DNA of 26,504 nt from a candidate division WOR-3 bacterium (GTDB lineage: Bacteria > Hydrothermota > Hydrothermia > LBFQ01), in the NCBI GenBank assembly GCA_027050205.1, contig JALUCS010000121.1:1-26504 (forward strand), given 5' to 3'. Within the stretch, counting starts at the first letter, position 1; every line of letters begins with the position of its first letter. The notes under the pieces were generated by a model that was not told the origin of the DNA, did no database searches, and saw only the letters and a list, made by a program, of their open reading frames with translations. The position numbers and the translations under genes are program-made. Below are positions 26,241 to 26,504 of the stretch, piece after piece.

Positions 26241-26504
26241 TCAGAACTTTACCACCTTCCTAACCTTACCCCTCCGCTTTACGAAGAATATCCCCCGCTT
26301 CGGCTCCTCGGTCAGGCGCCTACCGCTTACGTCGTAGTAAGTGGCCTTCCCATCCTCCGGTAGGGCGACGACCTCGTCGACGGAGGTAGAAGAGGGCATA
26401 AGGGTGATGGAGGAGGGGGACACGCTCAAGGGTTGCGTCGCCACCAAGTCTCCGCTGGCACGGTCAAAGACGAGGAGGTTTCCGGGGGAGACGTAGTCCT
26501 CGGC
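26241..26504 (-). CDS. C-terminus of a secreted protein with T9SS-like CTD; preceding segment resembles the end of a DUF5074/YncE-type beta-propeller (5' truncated)
   Basis: Frame is open to the window edge: AEDYVSPGNLLVFD..., then a Ser-rich linker and YYDVSGRR...GIFFVK...RKVVKF. Confidence 0.6.
   Translation of the reverse strand, partial: AEDYVSPGNLLVFDRASGDLVATQPLSVSPSSITLMPSSTSVDEVVALPEDGKATYYDVSGRRLTEEPKRGIFFVKRRGKVRKVVKF

Overview
Gene-dense bacterial chromosome segment with high GC at third codon positions. AGG-Arg and ATA-Ile codon preference suggests a thermophile. T9SS-type C-terminal domains, a GWxTD-family protein and a DUF2723 protein suggest an FCB-related lineage such as WOR-3/Hydrothermae (inference). 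Housekeeping and envelope genes: ccmF, TlpA-type thioredoxin, S8 protease, rpsA, plsC, murA, tRNA-Lys(UUU), yggS, nfi, degP/htrA and ddl. The best candidate for an undescribed system is a tightly coupled six-gene cluster at 17706-23760: TPR protein, probable beta-barrel protein, stand-alone PqqD/RRE protein, ATP-grasp ligase, fold-III PLP decarboxylase and a urea-transporter/M23-peptidase fusion. Other notable signals: many -10 boxes lying 5-9 nt from start codons (leaderless architecture); a murA start codon 2 nt after a CCA-less tRNA; ultra-short signal peptides; strong TCGA avoidance; an 87-nt AT-rich patch inside ddl; and three 0.6-0.8 kb AT-rich spacers. No CRISPR array, integrase, transposase or rRNA was seen.
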